A stretch of 64,000 nt of DNA from an uncultured Gammaproteobacteria bacterium. Lineage in GTDB: Bacteria > Pseudomonadota > Gammaproteobacteria > CAMYKB01. A model generated the notes under the pieces. It saw nothing but the letters and a program-made list of their open reading frames with translations, was not told the origin of the DNA and ran no database searches. Position numbers and translations under genes: made by a program. Of the stretch, positions 34,853-44,486 are shown in pieces; position 1 is the first letter of the stretch, and each line of letters starts with the position of its first letter. The stretch covers positions 6,607-70,606 of the forward strand of contig CAMYKB010000015.1 of NCBI GenBank assembly GCA_947258875.1, given 5' to 3'.

Positions 34853-36514
34853 GTGATTAAAGATATTAAACATTGGTATGGTACGGGCGCGCCATTTATC
34901 TGGCTGAACGCCGGGGCGGTAGCGGTCAGTGTGATCATGGTGGTTGGGTTGTTGTTGTTGATTGCCGTGCGTGGCATGGGGCATTTCTGGCCGCATACGG
35001 TCGAGGAGTTTACGTATCGTTGGGGTGGAGAACAGATTCGCCTGATCGGCGAGATTCGTGATGAGGAAAGGGTGTCTGCACAACGCCTGATCGACTCCGG
35101 TATAACCTTGCAGGATAGCGAAGGGGAGGTCACCCGTTATCTGATGAAGATCGGTAACCGGGATTACTATGGCGCTGATTTTCGTAATATTGTTGCACCG
35201 CTAATTGTTGAACGCCACAGGCCAGCAGAATTAATCGCGGTGGAGCGTTTCGAGTATGGGAATTTTTACGGATATTTGCGTGCTGTAAAGCAAGCTGAAG
35301 CGATAGTAGCAAGCGGTGATGCAGCATGGGCTGCATTACAGGAAAGCGTTGAACGCGCTTCCGGATTTCGCGCTGAAATCCTTCAAATAGAAAAAAAAGA
35401 AATCGGCAGTATTAACTACAGGCTGGAACGGCTGCGTCTCAAAGAGCGTGGTTTCGAGCTGAAGCATGCATTAACACCGGAGCGTGTTGCAACGATTGAA
35501 CAGGAGCGCCAAGCACTACAGAAAGAATATGACGCACTTAGTCAGAAACTTCAGGACCTGTATCAGCAAATCCGTCGTGATAGTTTTATCGCTGAAATAC
35601 AGGATGGTCGTGAGGCGGAAATACCGCTGGATAAGGTTGTGCGCGTCTATCAGCCTAACAAAATGGGCCTGTTTGCCAAGTTGGGTTTTTATATATCCAA
35701 GCTTTGGGAATTCGTGAGTGCCGATCCGCGCGAGGCAAATACCGAGGGTGGAATTTTCCCGGCAATCTTCGGTACCGTGATGATGGTGATGCTGATGTCG
35801 GTTTTGGTGACTCCCTTTGGGGTCGTCGCGGCGGTGTATTTGCGCGAGTATGCCCGTCAGGGACCTGTAGTCAGGTTGGTTCGTATTGCAGTTAACAACT
35901 TGGCGGGTGTTCCCTCTATTGTCTATGGCGTCTTTGGCTTGGGTTTCTTCGTCTACTTTCTGGGTGGCAATATCGATGATTTGTTTTTCCCTGAGGCCCT
36001 GCCGTCTCCCACCTTCGGTACACCCGGTCTTTTATGGGCATCATTGACGCTCGCATTACTGACGCTGCCGGTAGTCATTGTCTCAACCGAGGAGGGGCTG
36101 ACGCGTGTTCCCAAGGCGATCCGTGAGGGCAGCCTCGCACTAGGTGCAACCAAGGCCGAAACCTTGTGGCGTACGGTGTTGCCCATGGCCAGTCCGGCGA
36201 TGATGACAGGGATGATCCTGGCGGTGGCACGGGCGGCCGGCGAAGTGGCGCCGTTGATGCTGGTAGGCGTGGTGAAGCTTGCACCATCATTGCCATTGGA
36301 TGGAAATTTTCCGTTTTTGCATATGGATCGTAAATTCATGCACCTGGGTTTTCATATTTACGATGTTGGTTTCCAGAGCCCGAATGTGGAGGCTGCGCGG
36401 CCATTGGTTTACGCCACGGCATTGTTATTGGTTATTGTGATTATTGTTTTGAATGCGTTGGCTATCTATGTCCGCAATCGATTGCGGGAAACATACAGGG
36501 CGCTGGAGCATTGA
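34853..36514 (+). CDS. pstA: phosphate ABC transporter permease PstA (long type)
   Basis: 553 aa. N-terminus WYGTGAPFIWLNAGAVAVSVIMV resembles the recalled Pseudomonas PstA. C-terminal permease core with REGSLALGATKAETLW. Confidence 0.85.
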   Translation: MIKDIKHWYGTGAPFIWLNAGAVAVSVIMVVGLLLLIAVRGMGHFWPHTVEEFTYRWGGEQIRLIGEIRDEERVSAQRLIDSGITLQDSEGEVTRYLMKIGNRDYYGADFRNIVAPLIVERHRPAELIAVERFEYGNFYGYLRAVKQAEAIVASGDAAWAALQESVERASGFRAEILQIEKKEIGSINYRLERLRLKERGFELKHALTPERVATIEQERQALQKEYDALSQKLQDLYQQIRRDSFIAEIQDGREAEIPLDKVVRVYQPNKMGLFAKLGFYISKLWEFVSADPREANTEGGIFPAIFGTVMMVMLMSVLVTPFGVVAAVYLREYARQGPVVRLVRIAVNNLAGVPSIVYGVFGLGFFVYFLGGNIDDLFFPEALPSPTFGTPGLLWASLTLALLTLPVVIVSTEEGLTRVPKAIREGSLALGATKAETLWRTVLPMASPAMMTGMILAVARAAGEVAPLMLVGVVKLAPSLPLDGNFPFLHMDRKFMHLGFHIYDVGFQSPNVEAARPLVYATALLLVIVIIVLNALAIYVRNRLRETYRALEH

Positions 36515-36597
36515 GGTGGCGTGCCGATGTTTGAGTTTATTTACTATTGGCGGCTATTGTTAGTACGCAGATTAAAGTTGAGTTAAGGTGATTCATT

Positions 36598-37434
36598 ATG
36601 GAAGGTAATGCGGTAAGAACCCACGGTATTGACACCACGGCGTTAGGACGCGAATTGCGTACCCTGAACCTGGACGAGGAAGATATATGTCTTGAGGTCA
36701 ATGGGCTCGATTTGTTCTACAGCGAAAAACAGGCCCTAAAGGATATCCACATGCAGATTCCGCGCAAACGTGTGACTGCGTTTATTGGACCTTCGGGTTG
36801 TGGTAAGTCGACCTTGCTGCGTTGTTTTAACCGTATGAATGACCTTGTCGACGGTTGCCGTATCAAGGGTGAAATTCTTCTGGAGAGTGAAGATATATAC
36901 GCTAAGGGTGTGAACGTACCGGATTTGCGCCGTCGTGTTGGCATGGTGTTCCAGAAGCCCAATCCGTTTCCCAAGTCGATATATGAGAACGTCGCCTATG
37001 GTCTGCGTTTACAGGGTATTAACAAGCGCAGTACCCTGGATGATGTAGTGGAATGGGCGCTCAAGAGTTCGGCATTATGGGATGAAGTCAAAGACCGACT
37101 CGATGACAGTGCCTTCGGCCTATCCGGAGGACAGCAGCAGCGTTTGGTGATTGCGCGCGCTATTGCGACCCAGCCGGAAGTGCTGTTGCTCGATGAGCCT
37201 GCATCGGCGCTAGACCCTCTCTCGACATTAAAAATTGAAGAATTGATATATGAGCTGAAATCAACGTACACCGTGGTCATCGTGACGCATAACATGCAGC
37301 AGGCGGCGCGCGTCTCGGACTATACTGCATTCATGTATCTTGGCGAGTTGATCGAGTTCGGGGATACCGATACCCTATTTACCAAGCCTCTCAAAAAACA
37401 AACCGAAGACTATATTACCGGTCGATATGGTTAA
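36598..37434 (+). CDS. pstB: phosphate ABC transporter ATP-binding protein PstB
   Basis: Walker [10 protein letters not shown], signature LSGGQQQRL, Walker [13 protein letters not shown]-loop IVTHNM. Confidence 0.95.
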   Translation: MEGNAVRTHGIDTTALGRELRTLNLDEEDICLEVNGLDLFYSEKQALKDIHMQIPRKRVTAFIGPSGCGKSTLLRCFNRMNDLVDGCRIKGEILLESEDIYAKGVNVPDLRRRVGMVFQKPNPFPKSIYENVAYGLRLQGINKRSTLDDVVEWALKSSALWDEVKDRLDDSAFGLSGGQQQRLVIARAIATQPEVLLLDEPASALDPLSTLKIEELIYELKSTYTVVIVTHNMQQAARVSDYTAFMYLGELIEFGDTDTLFTKPLKKQTEDYITGRYG

Positions 37435-37446
37435 GCGGAGTTAGCG

Positions 37447-38157
37447 ATGGAAAAAAATGATATTACACAACATATTTCCAGGCAATTTAACGAGGAACTG
37501 GAAGAGGTGAGGAATCTGGTGCTGGCCATGGGTGGTCTGGTCGAGCAGAATGTCAGTAATGCGCTTCTATCGCTTGTTGAGGGTGACACCGCTTTGGCTG
37601 ATCAGGTTGCGACATCTGATTACAAGGTTAATTCGATGGAGGTCGCCATCGATGAGGAATGCAGTCGAATACTCGCGCGCCGCCAGCCGGCAGCCGGTGA
37701 TCTGCGGCTTATTATAATGGTGATTAAAACCATTACAGATCTGGAGCGGATTGGTGACGAGGCAGAGAAGATTGCACGTTTGTCAGTTAAATTGGCAGGA
37801 CATAAAATGCCCAAGGGGCGTTTTTCAGAGATCCGCCACCTTGGTGAACATGTCTCACTGCAATTGCGCCGTGCATTGGACGCCTATGCACGCATGGATG
37901 TCGAGGCTGCGCTTGAGGTGGCGAGAGAGGACCTCAAGGTAGATGATGAACATGAGGCGGCCATGCGCCAGCTTATGACCATTATGATGGAAGATTCACG
38001 TTCCATTAAACGCGTACTGGATGTTATCTGGTGCGCACGCGCCCTTGAGCGTATAGGTGATCATGCCAAGAATATCTGCGAATATGTCATATTCATGGTC
38101 AAGGGCAAAGACGTTCGGCACGTCACCATCGAACAGATGGAAGAAGAAATTTCCTGA
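37447..38157 (+). CDS. phoU: phosphate signalling complex protein PhoU
   Basis: Two PhoU repeats with D..I(D/N) and ERIGD motifs ([26 protein letters not shown]). Confidence 0.9.
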   Translation: MEKNDITQHISRQFNEELEEVRNLVLAMGGLVEQNVSNALLSLVEGDTALADQVATSDYKVNSMEVAIDEECSRILARRQPAAGDLRLIIMVIKTITDLERIGDEAEKIARLSVKLAGHKMPKGRFSEIRHLGEHVSLQLRRALDAYARMDVEAALEVAREDLKVDDEHEAAMRQLMTIMMEDSRSIKRVLDVIWCARALERIGDHAKNICEYVIFMVKGKDVRHVTIEQMEEEIS

Positions 38158-38247
38158 ACCAAATGCCAACTAGCGTCCGCCATGATACTGAGAATCGAGT
38201 ATCGTGCTGAATTATTCAGCTACGCTAATTGTTTTTTCCGATGTTGC

Positions 38248-38773
38248 CTAACTAAAGATTGTTTTTAATATATAGAAGATGATCACCGCCAGAATGCCGC
38301 CCGCTGGCAGCGTAATGATCCATGACATGAAGATATTGCGTACCACGGTGAGGTTGAGTGCGCCAATACTGCGCGCGATGCCGACGCCCAGAACCGCACC
38401 AACCAGTGTGTGCGTCGTTGATATTGGCAGGCCGGTGCCTGAAGCGATGACTACAGTGGTTGCCGCCGCCAGGGTGGCAGCAAAACCGCGACTGGGTGTC
38501 AGTTCGGTGATATTGTTACCAACCGTTGCGATCACGCGTCGCCCATACATTACCAGGCCGGCAACAATCCCGCCTGCACCGAGTAACAGTATCCAGATTG
38601 AAAGCGCCGCTGAATTCAAAGATCGCCGCGATCACGATGGCCTGACGAACCGTGAGTGCGCCTGATCCCACCGAGGTGGCCATGGCGTTGGCGACATCAT
38701 TGGCACCGATTCCCCATGCCATGAACAATCCAAAAACAGCTGCCAGTACCAGCAGGATCGTTGCGTACTCCAT
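38248..38773 (-). pseudogene. pit: PiT-family inorganic phosphate transporter remnant (large internal out-of-frame deletion)
   Basis: The first 58 codons ([31 protein letters not shown]...FEFSGAF) abut the last ~116 codons ([10 protein letters not shown]...LTPSRGFAA...GLPISTTHTLVGAVLGVG...SWIITLPAGG) at about 38598-38600 in a different frame. About 250-300 central codons are absent. Confidence 0.8.
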
Positions 38774-38945
38774 AACTCCCCCTAGGGCTTGTTCTTTTCT
38801 TACTAAAGTGTGCCGGCAGGTTGCGCCCCAAACGGGGCATGCGGCGTTGCTTGTCGTTTAATTGGGATAGCCAATCTTCTTTCCTCGCGCCGTGGTTGGC
38901 ACAGTTCGGTGTGGCTGCGGCGGTGGTTTTATGAGTGTAAGCAGG

Positions 38946-39756
38946 CTTTAACGTGCCAGCATTAATTGCAGATGGCTGCCTACCCACTGCTGTCCCACTA
39001 GTAATGATGTTATCTCGTTTCAAGCTGTTATTTTAGGAGATAAGCATTCCATGGTGGTTATCGACATGAAATCTGAAAAAGACGCGTTAGTGGGACAGCA
39101 GTGCTGCCTACCCGTTGTGCCTGGTCAGCAACGTCACCTATCCACTCGATGATTTTGTAGAGAAAAATGACCTCGACTGGTGGCAGATCTTGCTCCATCG
39201 CGAATACATGGGCGCGTATCTGGACTTGTTGTTGATCGGTTTCTGTTTCAATCTTGTCGAGAGTTTCGATCATTTCTTTTACGAGTTTGACTTCTTTGCC
39301 GCGAAAACCGGTTTCTACGAGTTCGTCCAGTTCATAAATCGCCTTGCGTGCCTGCTCGCAGGCGTCGATGCTGCGTTCGATGTAACTGATGAAGTCATCA
39401 CCCAGGGTGGTGGGTAATTGCATATGACGCCCGGTGATCAGGCCGGCGATATCCTTGGCCTTGTTGGCAACCGTATCCTGGATGCGCAACAGTTCCAACA
39501 AGTCGGGGCGTGATACCGGCATGAAGATGCTGCTGGGTAATCGCAGGCGAAGTTCACGCTTGATTTCGTCGGCTTCGTTTTCAAGTCCGGAAATTATGAG
39601 TCTGAATTTCTGCCACCCGCTCCCAATCCTGGGAAACCACGGCGCTGAAAAACGGTTTGAGTTCGGAGACACACTCGAAGACCTTATCGATGTGTACCTG
39701 CATCGGCCTGATCGGCGATGAGCCAAATATTTTTGAAATTAACCCGCGCTTGCCAT
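38946..39756 (-). pseudogene. DUF47 (TIGR00153, pit-accessory/PhoU-like) gene disrupted by a MITE and by frameshifts
   Basis: The core (LENEADEIKRELR..LP.SIFMPV.R.DLLELL..QD..A..AKDIAG...ELDELVETGF.G.E...IETETD...FLYKIIEWIGD.AD.AQRVGS) is in one frame. The N-terminal SKIFGSSPIRPMQVHIDKVFECVSELKPFFSAV..DWERVAEIQ is in another frame. The ATG at 39756 is in a third. The last 8 codons are separated by the 119-bp element. Confidence 0.8.
38983..39101 (-). mobile_element. 119-bp MITE with 16-bp perfect terminal inverted repeats and 9-bp target-site duplication
   Basis: Ends CACTGCTGTCCCACTA (38983-38998) and its exact reverse complement (39086-39101). Flanked by direct repeats CTGCCTACC (38974-38982 and 39102-39110). 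Conceptual excision restores an in-frame ...QRVGSHLQLMLAR* end to the DUF47 gene. Confidence 0.85.
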
Positions 39757-39810
39757 GTAGTGCCCCGTCAGTTCTCTATCTCTCTCAGACCGAACATAGC
39801 ACAAGCTATA

Positions 39811-40716
39811 TCAGGCGGTGATCAGTTTTTCCAGCAGGGCTTTTTGCGCATGCAGCCGATTTTCCGCCTCCGCCCACACCACACTTTGTGGTCCGTCTAT
39901 GACCTCGGCGCTGACTTCCTCGCCGCGATGCGCGGGCAGGCAGTGCATGAATAATGCATCGGGGTTGGCCTGTTTCATGATCTCGGCATCGACTTGATAA
40001 TTCTTGAAGGCCAGTTCACGCCCGGCCTGTTCTTGTTCCTGTCCCATGCTGGCCCAGACATCGGTGACGACCAGGTCTGCTCCGCTGGCGGCCGCTTTTG
40101 TGTCGCGAATGATTTGTGCGTGTTCTCCCGCGGCGTCCAGCAGTGCCGGGTCAGGATCATAGCCCCGGGGGCAGGCGATGGACAGTTTGAAATCCAGTAG
40201 CATGGCGGCATTGATATAGGAATGGCACATATTATTGCCATCGCCAATCCAGGTGACACGGTGCCCCGCAATATCACCGCGCTGCTCAAACCACGTCTGC
40301 ATATCGGCCAACAGTTGACAGGGATGAAAGCGGTCGGTGAGGCCGTTGATCACGGGTACCCGTGAGTAGCGGGCGAACTCTTCGATGGTCTCGTGTGCAA
40401 AGGTACGGATCATGATGCAATCCACCATGCTGGAGAGTACCCGTGCGGTATCAGGTATTGGCTCCCCGCGTCCCAGCTGACTGTCACGCGGAGACAGGAA
40501 CAGGGCATGACCGCCGAATTGCGCCATACCGGCCTCGAAAGAGACGCGCGTGCGGGTGGAGGATTTTTCGAACACCATTGCCAGTGTCTTGTGCGGGAAT
40601 GGTGCGTAGGTTTCACCGCGCTGGCGCATTTGCTTGAGTTCGATGCCGCGCACGATCAGTGCCCGTAATTCATCGGAGGAAAGATCCATCAAACTGAGGA
40701 AATGCCGCACACTCAT
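39811..40716 (-). CDS. argF: ornithine carbamoyltransferase
   Basis: [40 protein letters not shown] motifs. Confidence 0.9.
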   Translation of the reverse strand: MSVRHFLSLMDLSSDELRALIVRGIELKQMRQRGETYAPFPHKTLAMVFEKSSTRTRVSFEAGMAQFGGHALFLSPRDSQLGRGEPIPDTARVLSSMVDCIMIRTFAHETIEEFARYSRVPVINGLTDRFHPCQLLADMQTWFEQRGDIAGHRVTWIGDGNNMCHSYINAAMLLDFKLSIACPRGYDPDPALLDAAGEHAQIIRDTKAAASGADLVVTDVWASMGQEQEQAGRELAFKNYQVDAEIMKQANPDALFMHCLPAHRGEEVSAEVIDGPQSVVWAEAENRLHAQKALLEKLITA

Positions 40717-40725
40717 GGCTACAAT

Positions 40726-41913
40726 TTATGCCGCGTGTTCGCTTGCGATGAAGTTGTGTACCACAGCACAAGTGGTTTCGATGATCATATCTGCCTGCTC
40801 ACGATCAATAATCAATGGCGGCAACAAGCGAATAACATTATCCGCTGTTACATTGATTAACAGGCCCTGCTCACGTGCGGCATTGACCAGCTCACCGCAG
40901 GCTCGTTGTAGCTCGATACCTATCATAAGGCCTTTACCGCGTACCTCCCTGACACCCTCAATGCCTTCCAACTGATCCCTGAAAGCCCGTAACATATATT
41001 CACCCTGCAGCTTGGCATTGGCATAGTAATTATCTTCGGCTATGGCATTGAGAGTCGCCAAGGCTGCGCGTGTCGCGAGTGGATTACCACCGAAGGTGCT
41101 GCCATGGTTGCCAGGCGCAAAGGTTTTGGCTGCTTCGCCGCGTGCCAGGCACGCGCCAATAGGTACCCCGTTACCCAGGGCCTTGGCGAGTGTCATCACA
41201 TCAGGAACGGCGCTCTCATGTTGGTGACAAAACCATTTACCGGTGCGGCCCATGCCCGTCTGGATTTCATCCAGTATCATCAGCCAGCCGTGTTCATTGC
41301 AAAGCTTACGCACTGCGCGTAAATAACCTTCATCGGGGATACGTACGCCACCTTCTCCCTGAATGGGTTCCAGCATGACAGCCACAATTTCGTTGCTATT
41401 CTGTGCAATATTTTCGAGGGCCTGCAGGTCATTGTAAGGCGCGCGCGTGAAGCCTTGCAGCAGTGGTTCGAACCCGGCCTGCACCTTGCGGCTGCCGGTA
41501 GCGGTGAGGGTGGCGAGCGTGCGGCCATGGAAACTGTTTTCCATGACGATGATGGTCGGTATTTTTATACCTTTGTTATGTCCGTAAAGGCGTGCGAGTT
41601 TGATGGCGGCCTCATTGGCCTCGGCGCCGGAGTTACCAAAGAACACAGCGTCCATTCCCGCCAGCGCGGTAAGCCGTTCCGCAGCCTGTGCCTGGATATC
41701 GATCTCGTAAAGGTTTGAGGTGTGCACCAATTTGCGTGCCTGATCGCAAACGGCCTCGGTCACTGCAGAGTGCGCATGACCCAGCCCGCACACGGCAATG
41801 CCTGAAATTGCATCCAGGTATCGATTGCCCTCACTATCCCACAGCCAGGGGCCTTCACCGCGTTCGAAACTGATTGCTTGTCTGTTGTAGGTTGTCATCA
41901 ACGAATTGCTCAT
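40726..41913 (-). CDS. argD: acetylornithine aminotransferase (class III PLP aminotransferase)
   Basis: GHAH, FF.NSGAEANEAA.KLAR, LDEIQTGMGRTGK, PD.MTLAKALGNG.P. Immediately upstream of argF. Confidence 0.85.
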   Translation of the reverse strand: MSNSLMTTYNRQAISFERGEGPWLWDSEGNRYLDAISGIAVCGLGHAHSAVTEAVCDQARKLVHTSNLYEIDIQAQAAERLTALAGMDAVFFGNSGAEANEAAIKLARLYGHNKGIKIPTIIVMENSFHGRTLATLTATGSRKVQAGFEPLLQGFTRAPYNDLQALENIAQNSNEIVAVMLEPIQGEGGVRIPDEGYLRAVRKLCNEHGWLMILDEIQTGMGRTGKWFCHQHESAVPDVMTLAKALGNGVPIGACLARGEAAKTFAPGNHGSTFGGNPLATRAALATLNAIAEDNYYANAKLQGEYMLRAFRDQLEGIEGVREVRGKGLMIGIELQRACGELVNAAREQGLLINVTADNVIRLLPPLIIDREQADMIIETTCAVVHNFIASEHAA

Positions 41914-41949
41914 CTTCGGAGCTGCCTTTGCCTCATCTGACAGGAAATA

Positions 41950-41980
41950 AAAACGGCAGCGCTTGGCGCTGCCGTTTTCT
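41950..41980 (-). terminator. rho-independent terminator about 140 nt downstream of sodB
   Basis: aacggcagcgc-ttg-gcgctgccgtt: perfect 11-bp stem with flanking A/T runs. Confidence 0.75.
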
Positions 41981-42120
41981 AATTATAGCCACTATTTCGC
42001 CACTGTGTGAAGTACCTGGAGAGTAGTGTTTTGAGGGTTTTGCTGTGGATTCCAACGCTAAAACGGCATTGGTTCTCCCGGCAAATGCCCAGTGGCAGGT
42101 GTTCTCAGTGTGGCGGAACC

Positions 42121-42705
42121 CTAGCCGAGGTAGTTTTGTGCGGCAAACTCCCAATTCACAAGGTTCCACCAGGCTGCGATATATTTGGGGCGGGCATTGC
42201 GTTGGTCAACATAGTAGGCGTGCTCCCAGACATCGATGGTGAGTACCGGTGTCTTGCCTTCGGTCAGCGGGCAGCCGGCATTACTGGTGTTGGTAATCTC
42301 AACGCTACCGTCTGCGTTCTTGACGAGCCAGGTCCAGCCGGAACCGAAATTGGTGGCCGCTGAGGTGGCAAACTTTTCCTTGAACTCAGCAAAGGATCCG
42401 AAGGCCGTGTTGATTGCATCCGCTAGCGCAGCAGTGGGTTCGCCACCGCCGTTGGGCCCCATGCAGTTGAAGTAGAAGGTATGGTTCCAGATCTGTGCGG
42501 CATTGTTGAAGATGCCGCCAGCAGGTGCTGTTTTGATGATGTCTTCGAGAGAGCTGTTCTCGAAGTCGGTGCCTTTAATAAGGTTGTTTAAATTAGTCAC
42601 ATAAGTCGCATGGTGCTTATCATGATGAAAATCCAGTGTTTCAGATGAGATATGCGGTTCCAGAGCATTTTTGGGGTAAGGTAAGGGGGGTAACTCGTGT
42701 GTCAT
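42121..42705 (-). CDS. sodB: Fe-type superoxide dismutase
   Basis: Start at MTHELPPLPYPKNALEPHIS. FHHDKHH, WNHTFY, DVWEHAYY: Fe/Mn SOD signatures. AAQ.WNH favours the Fe type. Confidence 0.9.
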   Translation of the reverse strand: MTHELPPLPYPKNALEPHISSETLDFHHDKHHATYVTNLNNLIKGTDFENSSLEDIIKTAPAGGIFNNAAQIWNHTFYFNCMGPNGGGEPTAALADAINTAFGSFAEFKEKFATSAATNFGSGWTWLVKNADGSVEITNTSNAGCPLTEGKTPVLTIDVWEHAYYVDQRNARPKYIAAWWNLVNWEFAAQNYLG

Positions 42706-42884
42706 GATTATTCTCCTAGTCAAGCGGGTATTCATTAAGAGGGTAGAATTCAAGGGAGCTAAAGATATGCTGCACTGGGGCACAATGCAACACAACTTAA
42801 TACCATTTTCGCAGTGAGGTGATTTTGCGATGCACCTGATTACCGGGTTTTTCTAGCCTAATAGTGTCTGTAGTGAAGAGCTGA

Positions 42885-44486
42885 TTGATATTGGTGTTGA
42901 ACTCTATCCAACTCAGCCTGTTTGCTAGCCGCATCAATGCCGTTTGTGAGGAAATGGGTGCGCAGATCAGGCGCGCGGCATTCTCTCCAAATATTCGTGA
43001 CCGCCTGGATTATTCCTGTGCAGTATTTGATGCGCAGGGCGAGCTCTGTGCACAGGCGGCACATATCCCTGTGCATCTCGGTAGCATGGCCTATGCGATG
43101 CGCGATATTGTGGAGGCGATGACCTGGCAACCCGGTGACATGGTGATTCTCAATGATCCATTTCTGGGCGGTACTCATTTGCCTGATGTCACCCTGATTG
43201 CGCCTGTCTATGCCGATAAAGAGCTTGTCGGTTTCGTCGCCAATCGCGCGCATCATGCGGATATCGGCGCCGAGGCGCCGGGCTCGATGCCCATTTCGCG
43301 AAGCCTCAGCGAAGAAGGCCAGATTATCGCGCCACACCACATCATGCATGCGCACGTTGTCGATCATGGGAGGCTGGTCGAGATTAGCCGCAATACCCGC
43401 AATGTTCAGGATGCGCAGGGCGATTTCAGCGCACAGATCAGCGCTAATCAGCGGGGCTTGCTGCGCTTGTCGACATTGATTGATGCCATGGGAATTGCGC
43501 ATTACCGTTCAGCATTACATGAATTGAATGCCTATGCAGCACGCCTGGCGCGTACCGCATTGGTACAGATTCCGCCGGGCCATTACAGTTTCTGTGATGT
43601 GATGGACGATGATGGTCTCGGTCATCGAGATATACCTATCAAAGTGCGGGTGTCGGCAGATGCTGGCGAGATCGCCGTTGATTTTGCGGGTACTGCTTCC
43701 CAGGTGCCGGGCAACATCAATTGCCCTTTGTCGGTTACCGCAGCGGCCGTATTTTATGTGTTTCGTTGCCTGATGCCGGCACAGACCCCGGCTTGTGCCG
43801 GCAGCCTCAGGCCGATACACCTGATCGCTCCGCAGGGTTGTCTGGTGAATGCACAACGCCCCGCTGCCGTTGCCGCCGGTAATGTCGAGACCAGTACGCG
43901 TATTGCCGATGCAGTGCTGGGCGCACTGGGCAAAGCGATTCCTGGGCAAATTCCGGCCGCCAGTCATGGCAGCATGAACAACCTGGCCATCGGCGCTTCC
44001 GGCGCGCGTCCCTGGGGTTATTACGAGACCATTGGTGGTGGTATGGGGGCTGGACCACAGCAGCATGGTTTGAGTGCCGTGCAAACGCATATGACCAACA
44101 CCCGTAACACGCCTATCGAGGTGTTGGAGATGCGTTATCCACTGCGAGTACGGCGTTACGCCATGCGAAGTCACTCCGGCGGGCAGGGTAAATACCGAGG
44201 CGGCGACGGTCTGATCCGTGAATATGAATTCCTGCAAGCTGCACAACTTACCTTGCTGACCGAAAGGCGTCTTCATCAGCCCTGGGGTTTGGCGGGTGGG
44301 TTGCCCGCGAAGGCTGGTGGTAATTTCCTCAACAAAGAACAATTACCGCCCAAGGTGAGTCGTTCTGTGGTTGCCGGTGACCGGCTTAGAATCGAAACGC
44401 CTGGGGGTGGGGGTTGGGGTTCTGATCACTGCTGCCCCACTCACGCGTCATTTCCGCGTAGGCGGAAATCCAGTGAACATGAATAG
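42885..44486 (+). CDS. hydantoinase B/oxoprolinase (HyuB) family protein; no hyuA partner in the window
   Basis: CEEMG..IRRAAFSPNIRDRLDYSCAVFD, HIPVHLGSM, NDPFLGGTHLPDVT, ANRAHHADIG, GNVETS, HMTNTRNTPIEVLE, SGG.G.YRGGDG, TPGGGGWG. Non-ATG start (TTG/GTG region). The last ~20 codons are encoded by a repeat element. Confidence 0.8.
   Translation: MILVLNSIQLSLFASRINAVCEEMGAQIRRAAFSPNIRDRLDYSCAVFDAQGELCAQAAHIPVHLGSMAYAMRDIVEAMTWQPGDMVILNDPFLGGTHLPDVTLIAPVYADKELVGFVANRAHHADIGAEAPGSMPISRSLSEEGQIIAPHHIMHAHVVDHGRLVEISRNTRNVQDAQGDFSAQISANQRGLLRLSTLIDAMGIAHYRSALHELNAYAARLARTALVQIPPGHYSFCDVMDDDGLGHRDIPIKVRVSADAGEIAVDFAGTASQVPGNINCPLSVTAAAVFYVFRCLMPAQTPACAGSLRPIHLIAPQGCLVNAQRPAAVAAGNVETSTRIADAVLGALGKAIPGQIPAASHGSMNNLAIGASGARPWGYYETIGGGMGAGPQQHGLSAVQTHMTNTRNTPIEVLEMRYPLRVRRYAMRSHSGGQGKYRGGDGLIREYEFLQAAQLTLLTERRLHQPWGLAGGLPAKAGGNFLNKEQLPPKVSRSVVAGDRLRIETPGGGGWGSDHCCPTHASFPRRRKSSEHE
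44427..44449 (+). repeat. solo copy of the MITE end motif (CACTGCTGCCCCACTCACGCGTC)
   Basis: 21 of 23 identical to the 39079-39101 end. Lies inside the last codons of hyuB (translated ...HCCPTHAS...). Confidence 0.65.

Noticed and set aside
38697-39023. 108-aa ORF in the gap between the pit remnant and the DUF47 gene.
   Set aside because: It spans the native DUF47 stop, the TSD and part of the MITE. The composition is Ala/Thr/Gly-rich with no motifs. It is an artefact of the insertion.
41981-42120. ~140-nt sodB 3' UTR before the terminator, considered as a 3'-UTR-derived sRNA.
   Set aside because: Nothing in the sequence beyond its length supports this. It cannot be evaluated without transcript data.
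42858-44342. Two long antisense ORFs (214 and 275 aa) covering hyuB.
   Set aside because: The + strand matches HyuB signatures end to end. The antisense products have no recognisable motifs and are interrupted.
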